From positions 1,846 through 65,845 of the forward strand of contig JAIXQS010000128.1 in assembly GCA_027485615.1 (NCBI GenBank): a DNA stretch of 64,000 nucleotides, written 5' to 3'. The notes beneath the pieces were generated by a model that saw only the letters and a list, made by a program, of their open reading frames with translations, did not search any database and was not told the origin of the DNA. Numbering within the stretch: position 1 is the first letter of the stretch; every line of letters starts with the position of its first letter. This DNA comes from Verrucomicrobiaceae bacterium (GTDB lineage: Bacteria; Verrucomicrobiota; Verrucomicrobiia; Verrucomicrobiales; Akkermansiaceae). The position numbers were made by a program, and so were the translations under genes. This document shows positions 62,159 to 64,000 of the stretch, piece by piece.

Positions 62159-62808
62159 ATGAAAACCACCACCACCGCAACCCTCGGCCTCATCAGCCTC
62201 GCCACCACGCTGGCCACCGCCGGCACCGTCATCACGGAAACGGCCCCCACCTCGGAGCCGGCCTGAAATACGCCTTCATCCTCGGGCCCATCTCCCAAAC
62301 CGCCCTCAGCGGCACCATGACCTTCGAGCTCCCCACCGGAAATTCCGACGTCCTCCAGCGCGAGGGCAATGGCCTGGTCAATCTCATCCTCTCCGGCGTC
62401 AAGCTCGTGGACGACTGGCAGTTTGCCGCCGCCTCCGGTGCGCAGATCCCGTTCTCCAGCGGGCAATCCACCAACGGCTGGATGAGCGCCCACGCCAGCT
62501 ACGAGGTCTGCTCGTGGTTCATCCCGCTCGTGGAGTTGAACTGGTTCCACGTCATCGACCCCGGCAATTACCCCAACCACGTCGGCGGAGCCGTCCCCGC
62601 CGTCATCCCGTTCGAAGGGGGAGACCCCTTCAACCTCGGCGCCGTGAACTCCGGCAACAACCGCGACTTCGTCTCCGCCGCCATCGGTTTCCGCTCACGC
62701 CTCACCGAAGCCGCCACCTGCGGCGTTGCCTACGATATCCCCCTCACCGATGACAGGGACAGCCTCATGAAAGACCGCGTCACGGTCGACCTCGTCTGGA
62801 CGTTCTGA
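62159..62808 (+). pseudogene. Small outer-membrane beta-barrel-like protein interrupted by a frameshift (or sequencing error)
   Basis: Signal peptide MKTTTTATLGLISLATTLATAG is in one frame and stops at 62266. The body (...GLKYAFILGPISQT...VTVDLVWTF, aromatic C-terminus) is in another frame, open from 62149. The two frames must join between 62159 and 62266. My guess at the exact site is the run GGCCCCCA (62242-62249). Confidence 0.55.
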
Positions 62809-62941
62809 AACATGGATTCCCAAGGCTTCACCACATGGTGACAATCCTGCGGAAGCCCTCTTTCGGCGTGCGCAGATCACGGGTGGCGCGGGCGGGGACT
62901 CCCCGGAGTGCTTGTCGTTGCCGCCAAACGGCGAAAGTGGC

Positions 62942-62962
62942 GGTCGCCCCGGCGCGGCGACC
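62942..62962. terminator. GC-rich hairpin between convergent genes (possible bidirectional terminator)
   Basis: GGTCGCC-CCGGCGC-GGCGACC abuts the amidase stop codon. No clear U-tract. Confidence 0.3.
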
Positions 62963-64000
62963 CTACCGCGCGTAGTGCTTCGCGAGGCCTTGGGCGAGGG
63001 CTTCGGCGTATTCGCGGAAGATGGAGGGGAGGGGTTTGCCGTTGATTTCGCGGAGGCCATCGTAGTCGCCGGCCTGGATGCGGGCGTAGTCTTGGGTGGA
63101 GTTCATGACGTAGGGTTCCATGAAAACGACGGGGCAATCGTAGAGGCGGTTGGCGAGGAGGTTGCGGGCGTAGAGGAGCGGGCTGGAGGGGACGGGGCGG
63201 ACGTTGTTGCCGCCGGGCGGGTAGATGTAGGCGGGGAGGCCGGAGATTTCCACGAAGGTATCGGCGACGGTTTTGCCGACGAGCGCCTCCTCCTCGTGGG
63301 TGCGCTGGAGCAGCTTTTTCAGGAGGGCGAAGCGTTGGTCGGCGAGGCGGACTTCATCGGGGGTGTAGGCTCCGTTGAGGAGGATGTGGAAATGGGTGCG
63401 CGGAATGAGGGTGGGGTTGTTGGGGTCGCCCCATGCCTCGGCGTTGAAGTGGAGGCAGAGGACGAGGTCGGGCTTGATGGTTTGGTTGACGAGGTCGGCG
63501 CGGGCGCGGATCTCGGCGGTGCGGTAGAAGAGGCGCTCGGCGAGTTTGCGGAGGGAGTTGGGGTCTTCGGTGGCGCTCCCGGCGGCGAGGGAGGCGAGGT
63601 TTTCCGGGCGCAGCGGGGTGACGGGTTCGGGCTTGTCGCGGACGAGGGTGACGGTGGCTCCGAGTTCTTCGAGCAGGGGTTTCAGCATCTTGGCGACATC
63701 AAGGGTCATATCGCCTTCGGTGACGGGCTTTTCGTTTCCGATCTGGAACCAGCGTTCCTCGATCTTCGCCCACTCGCCGCCGATGTGGCCGGGATCGATG
63801 GCGATGTGGAGGTTGGAGAGGGGTTTCCCCTCGGGCGGGATGGGGAGTGTGGCGGTGTCCTTCCACCCGCGCGGGGTGGGGAGGGTGTTTTCCGGGGTGG
63901 CGAAGCTGAGGACGAAGGGTGGCTTGGCGGGATCGGAGGAGGTGATGATCTCGGCGTGTTCGTCGCGGATCAGGATGAACTCGCGCCAGGTGTCGTCGGT
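62963..64000 (-). CDS. N-acetylmuramoyl-L-alanine amidase (Amidase_3 type), 5' end beyond the window
   Basis: Frame is open to base 64000. LHIAIDPGHIGGEW...VLCLHFNAEAW...; the ORF track lists only the part from the internal Met at 63709. Confidence 0.85.
   Translation of the reverse strand, partial: TDDTWREFILIRDEHAEIITSSDPAKPPFVLSFATPENTLPTPRGWKDTATLPIPPEGKPLSNLHIAIDPGHIGGEWAKIEERWFQIGNEKPVTEGDMTLDVAKMLKPLLEELGATVTLVRDKPEPVTPLRPENLASLAAGSATEDPNSLRKLAERLFYRTAEIRARADLVNQTIKPDLVLCLHFNAEAWGDPNNPTLIPRTHFHILLNGAYTPDEVRLADQRFALLKKLLQRTHEEEALVGKTVADTFVEISGLPAYIYPPGGNNVRPVPSSPLLYARNLLANRLYDCPVVFMEPYVMNSTQDYARIQAGDYDGLREINGKPLPSIFREYAEALAQGLAKHYAR

Overview
High-GC bacterial chromosomal segment. Hand counts of sample lines give about 65% G+C. 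It is probably Verrucomicrobiota, because it carries a PEP-CTERM-anchored protease, PATR-type beta-strand repeats, pseudopilin-like N-termini, a fused ccoNO and many secreted glycan-active enzymes. That lineage call is inference only. I support about 40 genes. No rRNA, tRNA or CRISPR array was found.

Layout, left to right:
- pdxA (5' partial).
- A minus-strand block of secreted proteins: a tandem SASA-type esterase, a 1192-aa PDZ protein and a YdjY-like protein.
- An accessory block of about 18.7 kb (8.2-26.9 kb). It holds two paralogous 1261/1302-aa proteins whose terminal modules look like the minor pseudopilin GspK, three paralogous signal-peptide proteins of about 235 aa, and a 2830-aa multidomain adhesin with five 336-bp tandem repeats.
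- An intact IS630-family element (27334-28479) abutting a truncated regulator.
- A XylR-like regulator and pepC, a VWA membrane protein, a class-III aminotransferase, priA, a PEP-CTERM S8 protease and a decayed vapBC.
- A DevCAB-type ABC exporter with a NodT-family outer-membrane factor.
- A tightly packed set of three genes: a cytochrome-c/beta-propeller protein, a GH78 rhamnosidase and an unknown hydrolase.
- A low-GC islet of about 2.3 kb (52.3-54.6 kb) with a HepT/MntA pair and two orphan genes.
- lptD, a nitroreductase and a methyltransferase.
- A ccoS-like micro-ORF, ccoNO, a ccoQ-like gene and ccoP.
- A frameshifted beta-barrel gene and an amidase (5' partial).

The best candidate for an undescribed system is the duplicated module of a giant GspK-like protein plus small secreted partner(s). 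No pilus or type II secretion machinery lies nearby.

All family assignments rest on motifs I recognise in the translations. No database or HMM search was run, and start codons are my own choices from the ORF track.
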